64,000 bases of DNA from the human T2T-CHM13v2.0 reference genome, Homo sapiens. The stretch is taken from assembly GCF_009914755.1 (NCBI RefSeq), contig NC_060941.1. One strand, 5' to 3'. Below the pieces are notes generated by a model. The model was not told where the DNA came from. It was given only the letters and a program-made list of their open reading frames with translations, and searched no databases. Made by a program: the position numbers and the translations under genes. Below are positions 16,104 through 29,650 of this stretch, piece after piece (the stretch's first letter is position 1; every line of letters begins with the position of its first letter).

Positions 16104-19100
16104 AGGTGTCTGTGTATGTGAAACCACAATCTCCACGTTCTGAATGTAATTATGCCAAATATATTTTCTTCTTATATTCTTCGCATTTCTTTTAAACATG
16201 TTTTAAAATTTAATTTTCTTTTAAAATAGGTTTTGTTTTCTCATTTTCTTCACAATTTCCTTAAGTTCTGAATTTACATCAGTCGTCTGCCACTCTATAA
16301 TATCTATAACTTGAGATATGTTCAGAAATAGAAAACTCCTAAATAAGATTCTGGGGAGACATTTTCAAAACAGTTTTCTGTAGAGGCTTTCTCCAGAAAC
16401 TCATTTCCAAGCTCCAATGTGGGATTTACGCAGGAAATTAAATTGTCTTGGTTTGATTAAGGTTTTGCATTTTCTTTTGTTTTTGAAGAAAGGATATTTT
16501 ATTTTGTAATTTCAAAGTCATTTATTGTGGAAGAATGACCAAGAAGTATGAAATTAATTTTTGTCTAAACTAATTACCTGCAGAGCTGCTCAAAATATAA
16601 AGCTTTCTTGACTTAACATTTCATAGGCTTCTCTGAGACATTACTTAACAGAAAGGCCACATTTTTCCAGGAAGTTATTTAAAAGTCAGGTAATTTAAAT
16701 TACATTTATTAAGTGCAATAAATAGGCACCAAATTAAAGCTTGTTTCTCTCTTATTCTTAATTTCTGTAGAAAATTATACTTTCGTAGAGCTATGTAGGG
16801 GCTGATGTTTAGTAAACAAAACAATGTTATATTTAAAAAGGAGAAAAAAATAATTCATAGAAATGTGTGGACCAATTTTTCCCCACTCTCAATCCATCAG
16901 TTTCTTTTCTACAGTAGCCTTGGGCAGGAAAGGCAGAGGTAGAAAAATCTCAAGCAGTGATGCTCAGTAGAAAGACATCTTAATTTAAAATGTAATTCAG
17001 TTTTGTATATGAGTTTTGAAATAAATCATCATTCAACCCTCAGCATGAACCATGAACCGATTTGCATGCGTGAGTGAATGAATATAAAAGAATTTTTTTG
17101 TTCAAGAAAATTAGTCTTTTTCTGACCACCCCCATCAAATAGTGTTGTTTTTCTTATTCATACATTTATTCTGTGTTGTTGAAAATTAGAACTTTTTTTA
17201 CAATATTATCACACCCTGTTCAACTCTATTTCAGATTGTTCTTATAAAAATTCAATCCAGCAAGAATCACTCACAGAGATATTAATTCCTCTGTTCTTAA
17301 TAAAAGGCCATTACAGCTACTGTTGCAGCAGTGCAAGAGCACCAACGTTTAAAAAACATGTTTTGTATGTGATCAATCTAGCTTTTCAATATACCACTTT
17401 TTGTAATTTGGTATAATAAAATTAAATTGTAAGTAAACTTAAAATTGAAGATAAAAATAGTGGTATATTCATAAGTCTTTATAAGTCTGACAAAATAAAT
17501 CAGGGGAAACAATTTATGGCAAGTTTATCAGCCCCTCCCTCCAGCTCTATTTAAATAGGTCCTTCCTATTTAAATTATTCTGTCTTATTTCATCTGTTCT
17601 TTCTTGTAGCTGATTTTACAATTGGAGAGTTCACGGTAGTTACATGTGTTTGTTTAAGGTCTGTCTTCCTTTCTAGACTAAACTCTTGCTGTTTTGTTCA
17701 CTGCTGTACAGCTACACTTAGCATAGTGGCTATCTAGGCAATGAGAAATTTTAATGAATGAATGAATGAATGAACAAGTCAACACTATGTGCTCATTTAA
17801 CAAGCACTTTTTAAGTGCTTTATTTACATCATTGTATTTAATTCTTAAGACAACTCTATAATACCTCCCATCTTACAGATGAAGAATCTAAGGCCAACAG
17901 ATTAAATAATTTGCTCACGATCACACGGCTAAACAAGTAGAAACCCGCCTTCCCTATTGTCTTTTTATTGAGCCTTTTTACCTAAGCAAGTTTGACTTGA
18001 AAGTTTCAGTCTTGCCATTGAAAGAGCCATAATACACCCTTTCAGTTGAGGAAACCAAGGACCAGAGAGGTTAAATAAGTTACCCACTTTTAAATAACTA
18101 GTTAACTTCAGAGTCAGAACTAGAATGCAGACCACCTGATCCTACTCAGCATGCTTAGTTATGCTACCATGAGGAAACCAGAATATAGCACTAATAATAA
18201 AAAGTATTAAAGTATTTTAAAAACATATTTCTTATGAAAAATCCCAACAGATGGAATAGTAGAGTGAGTACAGTGGACCCTCAACATACTCATCTCCCAG
18301 AATCAACAACTATCAAGACTTTTACCACACTTGCTCCATCTTGCCCTTTAAGTACTTTTAATGACCAAAACACTTGTAGCTGTATGATTAAATTAAAACA
18401 AAGTAGATAGTGCAGGCAAGTCAGAAGTCTAAGGATATATCCAAAGTTCCTCTGCTAATTGATAACAGAGCTAGTTCACAGCCCTCTGTTCTTCCACTAG
18501 AACATGCCAAGAGATATATAATGAAAGACAACTGAAAGTGGGTGACCTAACCAGGCCGGCCGCAGTCAGCACTGGAGTGGAGCGGCTTATGTTGGCTCAG
18601 CATATGTAGCTTGGCCAGATGGGGACCAGCATCACATTGGTAATGGTATAGTAGTTATCAAATCTCAGAGAGCTTCCAGACCACGTGGATTCCTAACAAG
18701 TTCCCAGGTGATGCTGATGGTCCAGGAGCCACACTTAGAATCATGGTGTGGAGGATCTACCCAGAAATTCCAATGAGGCCCTCTTTCCTAAGGTAACTGA
18801 GCCCAGAGACACCCAAGAAGGCCAGCTTAGCCTTTCTTCTCCTCATCTTGCTTCTAGAAACCAGATGTCAGAGTAACACTTGAACTGGAAGCAAACTGCT
18901 AAGGAATTTAAATGATAAAAAGGAGTAAAAGGACTAATAAAAAAAATATTTCACAAAAAATTTAAATATTGAATAAATTATGAAAGGAGAAAACTCAGGT
19001 GTGTATGTGTGTGTGCCTGTGTGCGTCTCCAGGCTTGGGATGCTTTCAAAAATCCATCTAGGAATGGGAAGAGCCGATGGTTTTTGTTTTTTTAATCAAA

Positions 19101-20204
19101 GGCTGAATGGTATGATTAAGAGAAAGAGTATATAGACTAATTGACCTAAAATAACAAGAAATCAGTCTTTGACATAATAGTGTTTGAGATCTCTGAGATT
19201 TAGCTCTGACCACATTTTATGAGCACTAAGGCAGAAAATCATAGTTGTGTTTAACTGAGATGAAAAATGAACACTCTTTTCTAACCTTTTTCTATCTAAA
19301 AGATAGATCTCTTGATTAAAACAGCTAAATTTCAACAACCTGAATGTAACCATGATATTTAAAGATTTCATGGTAAATCAAACTTAATAACCCACATATT
19401 ATTTGATATATTCTCTCTTTATTCCAAAACCATTATTATTGCTTGTCCTCTTTCTACTTAACAGTTCCAAAGAGAGTCCTTTACTTTTTTTTTACTGATG
19501 TCTCATTGTATACAAATATTCTAAAGAAAATCCTCTAGTTACCCCTTTAACTTTTTTCCTCTGCCTTATTTCAAACAAGAGTTCAAGTAACTTGCAAATA
19601 TATGTAAAATGTGACAAAATAGTCCAGAAAAAGAAGACTAAGAAGAGACAAAGTGGAGCCAAGAATAATAGAACTTAAAGTGCAAACCATGATCACCCTC
19701 ATGTCATTAGACCAAAGAGTCGTTCAGTGGGAGAGGAGGGCCCGCTCTCTGCTTCTAATGTGCTCCACCAGTGCATTTTAGGAAATCTGGAAGATAGATT
19801 AAAGATACAAGCTAGCTGAAGGCTGTTTCTCTCAACGAAGCATTTGATAAAAATTATGTGGTGGTGTGCCCACGATTCTTCTTCCTTTGAAATGCCTAAC
19901 TTGAGCCTCTCTTGTGAGGTGAATTAAACAAATGCTTGTCTCTCTTTGCTGACTTCCACATGGCAGGCAGAGTAGTCCTTCTAAAAAAGCAGATCTGATC
20001 ATTTTCTTCCACTTTTTAAAATCTGGAAGACTTCACTGAGTCTGCATTTGCCCAGAGGTCTCTGTATGTGGCCTTCCTAATTTCTGTGCTCTCTTGACAC
20101 CTCCCACCCTCATTCTACTCTCCAGATATGTGGAACATAAACTTGCCATTCTTCTCCTCTTTGGCCTTCTCACACACTGTTCCCACTGCCTGCAACTCTC
20201 TTCT

Positions 20205-20217
20205 CCACCCTTTCCGC
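20205..20217 (+). promoter_or_regulatory. PRDM9-A binding motif (CCNCCNTNNCCNC) within an L2-like remnant
   Basis: CCACCCTTTCCGC matches all 8 specified positions. A near-match (7/8) lies at 20273-20285. Confidence 0.7.
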
Positions 20218-20809
20218 CCATCTCCCACCCATCCATCGGGTCTCAGTTTACACATCACTTCTTCCTAGAAACACCCCCTGTCCACCACCCAGCATAAACT
20301 AGGTTAGGTGCCCCTGACTGCCCCGTGTTCCCTGCTGTGCCACACATGCTTGCCTTGGCCACGAACTGACCACCACTACAGCATCAGTGCCCCCAGGACA
20401 AGGACCACACCTGTCTTGCTCACCACATTATATACAGTTGTTTCGATTTCAGGGAATGCAGTATTAGGCTATTTGCATAATGGAGTAAACTGAAGGTGCT
20501 TTTAAGCCCACAGGAAGCTCCTCCCAGGTGATTGCATCCCAACTCAAGACTCTAGCCACCCCAGGCCCTCAGCAGACCCAGGAAAGAAGAGGCTCAGCAA
20601 GTTGTATTACACCAGTGTGCCCCACATACAGTTGGGAGACTCTGGGTTAAACTGATGAGCCAACAAATGAGCCTGAGTATAGGTCCTGTTTCCAAGTTAT
20701 TTTACTTGCTTTGAGTCTCAGTTTCTTATTGCTAAAATGAGGTAATGCTATCTCAGTAAACTTGTCTTATTTTAAGGTTTTTTTTTTTAAGAAACTCAAT
20801 ACTGTTTTT

Positions 20810-21450
20810 TAATCTATCCTATTGGCAAATTTTATTTTTTGTTTTGCTTTGTTTTTAATGTCACAGCCAGTGTTGATACAGGTTCTAGAAGATGGTGCTC
20901 TCATATAGTGCTGGTGGGAGTGTAAACTTGTGCAAACTCTCTGGAGTACAGCCTGACAGTACGTGTCAAAATCCCTACAACATGTGCATATCATCTGACT
21001 TAGCAGTTTCACATCTAGGAATTTATCTTCGGAATTTCTTCTAACCAGAGCTGTGAACAAAAGTCTACCCATAAGATATTTATCCCAACATGCTTTTTGA
21101 TTTTTAAAAATGGAAAAAGACTGAATGTCTGAAAAAAAGTATATTGGTTGAATTAATTGTGGTATATCCAAAGAATAAGCCACTGTGTGTTATAAATATT
21201 AATGATGTTGATGCAAAAAATATATTTAATAGCCTGGGGAAATTATTAAGATATATTGAAATAAATCAGGGAATAAAACCACAATTTAGCATATTCTCAA
21301 TTTTTTTTAAGTAGTTATATCATTGGAAAAAGGCAGAGAAGATATCAACTAGTATGTTTCTCCGAATAACTCATGAAGAATTTCTTCTTTGTGATTTTCT
21401 AGAATTGCCAGTTTTCTGAATTGGATGTATATTACTTTTGTTATAAATGT
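20810..21450 (+). mobile_element. Old L1 (L1ME-like) fragment
   Basis: gctggtgggagtgtaaacttgtgcaaactctctggag...gcagtttcacatctaggaatttatc, typical of the L1 ORF2 3' end. Confidence 0.6.
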
Positions 21451-22218
21451 TTTAGGAAAAAATGAAACATAACAGGAAAATAAATTTCACACAGTTTGCA
21501 ATTGGAGTACCTTTGCCCATAACACAAGAAAGCTCTGAATTCCACTGATTGAGGGCTCCTCGTGCCAGAAGGGGAAGGATTCCTTCAGGTGCCTGGATGC
21601 TGAGAGTGATCATGGCATCCTGGGTAAATAGCTTCATTTTCGTTTGCATGGCTTGTCAGCCTACCCAGTTTTCATTCATGCCCTTGTGCACACTGATTTA
21701 AACACCAAAATTGAGCCACATCATTTTCTGTGACTTCAACAAAGGTCAGAAACTAAACTTCCACATAAAATGGCCTATCTCAATAAATTAAATTCATGTG
21801 TGCTCTTCTAAAAGGGCTTTTCGTAACACTAATGTCTCTGAATCCAACTGGCCTCCACAGAACTTGAAGAAGGAGTAAACAACCTTCTTCTTCTTTTTTT
21901 TTTTTTTTTTTTTGACACAAGGGCCAATTCAGGAAAAATAAAATGTTTATCAGCCACATTTTTCTCCCTCCCAAAATAAAGCTAGTTTTTTAGAGTCTCA
22001 TAGGGAAAAAAAAAAAAATCTGTTCTTATAAGCTATAAATTACCTTATTGGAAGAAGAACAACATTATAATATGTGCACTGCTTTTTAGCCATCTAAAGT
22101 TTCCTTTCTGGGTATATAGGAGATGTAACAACACAGAGGTATCTTTGTAATCTTTCATCTGGAAAATCATATTGTGTGCCATGTTGGGAAGATAGATGGT
22201 TCCAGGTCATATGATGTA

Positions 22219-23528
22219 TGAGGGAACTTCAAAAAGATTATGGAAAAAATAGAATTAAAAGATAAAAATTAAAAAAAAAAACCTATTTCTCAACCTAATC
22301 TCCATCAAGGTCAAGACACTTTGGTAAGCAGTGATACCAGCCATTTAGTCTATCTGTAAAGAACTCACAGAGTCCTGGGAATTTAACCATGTCAAAGCAT
22401 TCTTTTTTACATTATTAACTGAAGAGAAATGGATTCCCTTTAAAGACTTTTTAAGATTAGGAAACAAAAAGAAGGCAGAGGGAGCCAAATCAGGACTGTG
22501 AAGTGGATGCCTAATGATTTCCCATCCAAATGCTCACAAGGTTGCCCGTGTTTGATGAGAGGAATGAGCAGGAGCATTATTGTGGTGGAGAAGAACTCTC
22601 TGGGGAAGCTTTCTGCTAAAGCTTTGCTAATTTTTTTCAAAACACTCTCATAATAAGTAGATGTTATTGTTCTTTAGCCTTCTGGAAAGGAATCAAGCAA
22701 AATGCCTTCAGCATCCCAAAAAACTATGGCCATGAGCTTTGCTCTTGATCTGTCCGCTTTTTCTTTGACTGGACCACTCCCACCTCTTGGTAGCCACTGC
22801 TTTGATTGTCTTTGTGTTCAGGATTGTAGTGGTAAAGCCATGTTTCACCTCCTGTTATATATTCATTTTCTTCTTTTTTTTTTTTTTTTTTGAAGAAATG
22901 CCTCAGGATCTTGATCCCATTTGTTTAAAATTTCCATTGAAAGCCCTGCTCTTGTCTGCAGCCAATCTGAGTACAATGGTTTTGGCACCCACTGAGTGGA
23001 AAGTTAGCTCAACTTTAATTTTTCAATCAGAATTGTGTGAGCTAAACCAATTGAGACGTCTATGGTATTGGTTGTTGTTTCTACTGTTAACCATTGGTCC
23101 ACTTAAATCAGGGCATGAAAAAGATTCATTTTTTCCTCACAAATTGATGTGGATGGTTTGCAGCTGTGGACTTTAATCTTCAACATCATCTGTTCTTAAA
23201 CAAGTTATCCATTTGTAAACTGCTGATTTGGGGGGGACATTGTCCCCATAAACTTCTTGTAAAGCATCAATGATTTCACTATTCTTCCATCCAAGTGTTA
23301 GCATAAATTTGATATTTGTTCTTGCTTCTGTTTTAGCAGAATTCATGTTGCTTTGATAAGGGCTCTTTTCAAACTGATGTCTTATCCTCCTTAATGCCTC
23401 AATCTAGATCCTGTTCAGACATGTTATAACAAGTTAGTATGAGTTTATTTTGGTGCAAAAAATTTTTGAAATCCATGCATAGTCTTTTCAGAATATGCAT
23501 TTTCCATGAACTTTTTGAAGTCCCCTTG
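22219..23528 (-). mobile_element. Hsmar2 mariner DNA transposon, full length (1310 bp)
   Basis: 31-bp terminal inverted repeats at 22219-22249 and 23498-23528 (24/31 identical), flanked by TA at 22217-22218 and 23529-23530. Confidence 0.93.
22283..23346 (-). pseudogene. Hsmar2 transposase pseudogene
   Basis: Minus strand reads MNSAKTEARTNIKFMLTLGWKN..., WDQDPEAFL, TGGETWLYHY, LLHHNNAPAH, HPLHSPDLAPSAFF, KCLDLDGD*VEK*. It has in-frame stops, an 18-nt poly-A insertion at 22874-22891 and mutated catalytic Asp residues. Confidence 0.9.
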
Positions 23529-25754
23529 TATACCTCCACCTTAGAGAAATGTGTTTCAGCAGTTGGTGAGGGATACAGTTGAGGAACAAATAGGAAACAG
23601 AGGGATGGAAGAGATAAAGGCAAGGAATGTGTGTGATCCACTCCATCAGGATGCTTGGCTTTGAAGAGTGTTGAAGCAAGAGGGGTATTACCTTGGGGGA
23701 AATATGAAGAAAGTAATTTATTTGATGCAGGAAGTTAATAGACAGTAGAGATAGAAGATAAAAGACAGATTAGGGAGGAGATTAAATAAAAACAAAAGTG
23801 GAGGGTTTATCTTTAAAAGGAATGAAGACAGCCTCTTCTGAAATGGGAGGAAGGAAGTAAATCTGAGGGCATTTGTCACTGTTGTATAAGAGGGAAGGGC
23901 ATCTGTTAAGGCGTCTTGGGAGCTAGAGTGAACCTAGAGCCTTGAGAAGGCAGGAGAAGAGTTAAAATAGTCACTATAAGGAACGAAAATGGAAATCAGC
24001 CCTGGCTAAGCACCCGCACTGTTAAACCATCCCCTTGAAATGGGGCCAGTTAGTATGAGTGTAAGCCTTTCCCAGCAGGAGCAGAGACAGTAGGTTATTG
24101 AGCAGATCCAGGGTGGGAATGTTGGATGGACAAGGCAGAATGGATTATTGAGGGTGCCTGAGTGAGTATTGTGGAAGTAACTGACCACAGGGTTCAGAAG
24201 AGATGGCCCAGGAACAGGTGGGTGGAAATGCCACCTCAAGGCAGAATGTGCACTCAGAAGTCTCTCAGCTGTAATTTATGGTTCTTCTGTCACAAGCACC
24301 TTGACAGCAACATACCCCTTATATTTTCTCATTTTCCATCAAAATTCTCATTCTGTTGGGTCACTCTTTGGGCACAGAGGCTGCAGGCCAGGTAGGAAAG
24401 AGTCAGTGCTGGCCCCTATAGCAGAGTGGTAGAGTGGTGGCCAGAATTCTCCATCAAGTCACTTCTAGCTTTCATATTCTGTTGCCCTGACTTCATTCAG
24501 TACTGTAGTTCCAGCTGCTGGGCTCTCCTCTGGCACCCTCCCGGCTAAATTCTAACTCGTCATAATTCTACAAGTTAGTCTTTTTCCTAGAAGGGCCCTC
24601 TCATAGATACAGGCCCTCTCTCCTGCCATAGGAACACTGCAACCCTGTGCATAGAAGGGTATCATCTCACATGTGTGCACATAGGGTAAAGTCTGCCTCT
24701 CTAGGGAGTTGGCTGTTTTTAAAACCAGAGCACTCTAGAAGCTGCACACTGGTGACTCTTGCTTGCTAAGAAACGTGTTGTGGAATCTGTAATCCAGCAG
24801 GGTCACTGAACACTACACAAACATATCTTACTCAGAAGTGGAATTATGGCTTCTGCTAGGAGAAGGCAGGCTTGAGTAACCTCCTTAGGTTTCTCAAGAA
24901 AGAATAAATAAACATGCATATAAGCAGGAACTAGTAGATCCAATTTATCTAGACTCTCAAAAAGCCTTTCACAAGATTCTATACAAAGTCTACTTTTAGA
25001 AGTTGGCTCTTTTGAGAAACAGGCTTATAATAATCATTATCATTGTAGAGTTTTAGATGATGGGTTTCATTTGCATAAATAACACTGTGCGACCTCCCCT
25101 TGAAAATCCCGTGTCCATAAGTCACGTTACAGCACTGGTACTACACAACGGCCACCTGGTGTTTACTGTTGTCAGGAACCGGTAGCATGCTGAGCCTGTA
25201 ATTCATTACAGACGTTGTAATGATGGCAGTCAGAGGCACATCATTGCTACTCATGATCACTAATTAAGTGATGTCTTAATAAAGTATAAATACAGGGGAA
25301 GAACAGCTTCCAGAATTCAGGTAGTATTTTCTGCCCAATCTTCCAATATTGTGTTTGAAGTGGTTTGTTCATGACTAAATATAAAATGGAACACTGTGCA
25401 GGAGGCATTGTCTCAGTCAGTCTTCAACCCTAGGAGGAAAAGATGATCATTTCTCTTGTAGAGAGGAGTAAGTGAAACCTAGCTGCCCTATAGCCAGGAA
25501 GGGACAGAACCTATATGAATCCAGAACACTCTAATCCTGACTCTCTTAACCACTTTACTCTTAGCTAGCAAAATCAAGAAGAGCAGCCAGAGCTCCCACA
25601 AACATATTCTTTCTTATTATAAGTTTGTTTCATAAAGAGGATTCCCCATATCCAGGAATCAGCCAGATCAGTACTGCCTCTACTGGATAGGTGGATTATT
25701 TGTACTTTGTCAGTGCCGATTTTAGGTAGTGTGATTGAGTTGAGTTGGAGATGA

Positions 25755-26045
<291 letters not shown>

Positions 26046-28111
26046 TGAGCACACTCGGTCAAGGAGGCATTTCCTCCCTGAGCTGTAGCACTTGGTTCGA
26101 TTCCATTCCATCCCACATTAATTCTTTTAGCAAATGTGCTGATGTGGCAGACTGAAATTCTGTGGACGCAGAGTAAAGAGAGACCGTGTCATCCTGGCTG
26201 GTGGGTGCACATGACATACACTTTCCCTTATAGGGAATGTCTGGGAGAAAAAAAAGGAAGCAGTGCTGCCTACCTGTGACTACAGGTGGATAAAGAAAGT
26301 ACCTGAAGCTATGATGAAAATCACAAACGAAGCTAGGACTAACGAATTCATGGGGCGGGGAGAAGGTATCTGGAGCTGGCCTCCAGTCTCCCATCAAAGG
26401 GGTTTCGTCTCACGAGCCAGCCTCCTGTGTTCCCCTCTTATGAAAGGGCAGATTATTTTCATTAGTTTCTAATTTATTTTTATATGATTTGCTTAAATCG
26501 TTCATACTGTCTATAGTAAAACTATTGAAAGATTCCTACATTTTTTTGGTGGTATGTCACAACTAAATTTGTGGGGTGAAAATAGCTCATTTTTACCATG
26601 TGTAAGGGAAGTTTCACAGTCTAATTAGTCAAGTAATTAGTGTTTTTGACCGACACTTAGGAAGGAAGTGGTGAGGTTTCCTGCAATATATGTAAGTACA
26701 TATTTTTCACATGAGAGATCAAAAGGCAGTTGACCATAAACCGTTACCCTGTAAGCCACATTTCTGAAACTTTTCATAAAAGCTCTTACACTCCAATTTG
26801 GCAAGCTTACAAATGCGATTACACCTTTACCATGATTGTCTCTTAGAATGGTTTTAATATCCTGTAAATGTCAGATTTTAATGAATCTACGAATACCATA
26901 TTCTAAAACGTATGTGCTTGTGTGTTCTGTGATAAACCTAAAACCAGAGCCCCATCCATGTGGGAGGCAGTGTCAGCAAAGCGGTGGTGAGCAAGGAAGC
27001 CGGCGGCGCTGCCTGGATGGGGAGCCCGACCCCACCGCTCATGAGCTGTGCATCCTTCGCAGCTGAACTCAGCCTCTTTCTGCCACTGTCTCCTCATCTC
27101 CCACATGGGGCTAATAATCTTCTCCCCTCCTGGAGTCATTGTGAGGATGAAACAAATTGTTATTTGTAAGGTGCTGGACCATGGTGAGGGCTCAATTTGG
27201 GATCTGTATGCTGTTGTTATCATTCAGGAGTCCTCCTTCATACAGTGGAGGAACTGGCACAGATCAGGAAATGGAAGATTTTGTTTGGTTTGTAAGCTGA
27301 GCGATGCAGCCTTGTCCTCTGGCTGTTATTTTGAAGACTGAGGCGCCTGCAGCCTGGTGGGAAAGAGTGCTGGGGTCCTTTGGTGAGGTTTGCAGTGGAT
27401 GAGGGAAGGGAGGGTTTAAAGCCTGGGCTTGGCATCCCTGGGCTAGATGACATCTGCGTGTTCATCCTGGTTTATAGTTGACCTTCACAGAGCACACCTG
27501 CACACCACCAGCCCTCCTGCTCCCGGTCACGTTCCTCTTCCTTAGTTCCACCTGGAGCTCACCTGACTTGACCCCAATTCCCTCTCCCCCTTAACGCAAC
27601 TGTCCTCTTCCCTCTTATTTCCCTCAAACCTTTATAGTGATTGTGCAGACATTTGAGGTGGAGACCATGAAAGACAGTGTGGGACTTCCTAGGCTGTGCA
27701 TGGGGAGTATCCCCCTTCCTCAAGGGTGTAGCCCCACTTCAGCACTTGGGTCCCTGCACTGAGCCACCTGCCTGTCTGATGGAGACACCCCCATCCCTGG
27801 CAGGGGTGCCTGAACTCTATTCAACTTCCTCAAACCTGGCACCAAGCAACAAGAACCTTCTCTTTCTGGGAAGACCCAGACAGGGCCAGAGTCAGGGCCA
27901 AGTATTACAGCCTTAGGGACAGGTAGTACAGGAGACTGGTATGGGCAGTTCAGTCCCAGGCCATGGAGAACTTGGTCACCACTGTTGTGCAGTGTTGTCC
28001 TAGGGCCCAGGTTCTTGCTGAGGGCTAGAGGCCCTTGTCACACTTCCGGGCAGTTTCCTCCTGAAGAGAGCCTCAGCATGTGCAGGCTGGAGTTGCCTCC
28101 CCGGAGGCTAG

Positions 28112-28519
<408 letters not shown>

Positions 28520-29149
28520 TAAAATAAATTTTTTAATGTTGATTATAGTCTTTCTATAATACAGATTTAATCATTTGTATACAAACTCATTAATGATGGA
28601 CAGCTAAGGGCAGCTCATCCCTTGTTTAGGTAGCAGAATGAAAGTACGTATTTGTCTTGGAAAATGAGACCCCTTTTCTACCCCAACAGAACCTGGTATA
28701 AAACAGAGCAGTCTGAAAGACATGTATAACCACAAAGAGAAGTTCCCTTGGCAGTTTTTGAGGTTGGCTTCTATTACAGTGTATCCTTTTACTTTAAATC
28801 TTAAAGATGCATTGTGGGGCACACAGTAACAACATGACTTACTGCCCCCAGAATCCCAGTTAATTGCAGATCAAACCATATGCTTAAAGCCTTGTCAAGA
28901 TTATACAGAAAGAATACTACTAGTTTACATAATGCTTTAAACTACTTCAAAAAAGTTTCCAAACATTAATTTGATAGAACCAACTTGAGATAAGCAGCAA
29001 ATACTTAATTGAATGAACAAATGAGTGAACATAGGTACCTTCTATTTTACAGGTGATAGAATCTAAGAGAATGTATTTTTAAACAGATTTTTATTGCTGG
29101 GATTTTAGGAACTGGGTTGAATATGGTCTTATATTGCTAAGTCATCTTC

Positions 29150-29355
29150 TAGAGCTGTACTGTCTTGTGTGGTAGCCACTAGGCTCAAGTGGCTATTTAA
29201 ATTTAAATTTATACTAAACTTTAAAATTCAGTTACCCAGTCCCATTAGCCATATTTCAAACGCGCAAAGGCACATGTACCTAGTAGTTACACTATCAACA
29301 GCACAGATGTAAAACATTTCCATTATTGCAGAATGTTCACTTAGACCGTACTGCC
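29150..29355. mobile_element. MER3/MER33-like hAT-Charlie MITE
   Basis: gtagccactaggctcaagtggctatttaaatttaaa...attagccatatttcaa...aacatttccattattgcaga. Confidence 0.65.
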
Positions 29356-29460
29356 TGGGTGGAAAGGTTGATGTCCTTATGAATCTATATTTCATCATCC
29401 TCACATGAATATGTACATCAAATAATGAGACTGTACCTGTGGTCTCACTAAAGTCTAAAA

Positions 29461-29650
29461 CAGTGGTTTGCAAACTTCAGAGAACATGATAATTACCTGG
29501 AGAGCTTACTAACACAAAGATTCCTGGGCCCTACCCCTGGAACTTCTGATTCAGTGGGCTGGGGTGGGGTCTGGGAATTTTTATTTCTAACAAGTTTCTA
29601 GTTGCTGCTGATGCCCCTGGTCCAGGGACCACACTTTAAGAACCACCAGT
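29461..29650. mobile_element. MER5A hAT-Charlie MITE
   Basis: cagtggtttgcaaactt...tctgattcagtgggctggggtgggg...ttctaacaag...gggaccacactttaagaaccac. Confidence 0.75.

Larger units (their letters stand above)
19771..21542. other. CMT1A/HNPP unequal-crossover (NAHR) hotspot interval
   Basis: Bounded by EcoRI GAATTC at 21537 (inferred distal-specific) and GTGCAT at 19771, one base from NsiI ATGCAT. The 1.77-kb span fits the recalled 1.7-kb EcoRI/NsiI junction fragment and lies about 680 bp from the mariner. Confidence 0.7.

Noticed and set aside
17547-17576. Palindromic CTATTTAAATAG and adjacent hairpin as a MEF2/SRF site
   Set aside because: Spacing fits neither YTA(W)4TAR nor CC(W)6GG; AT-rich and next to L2-like sequence.
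22787-23176. 129-aa plus-strand ORF
   Set aside because: Antisense to the Hsmar2 transposase and includes the poly-T insertion.
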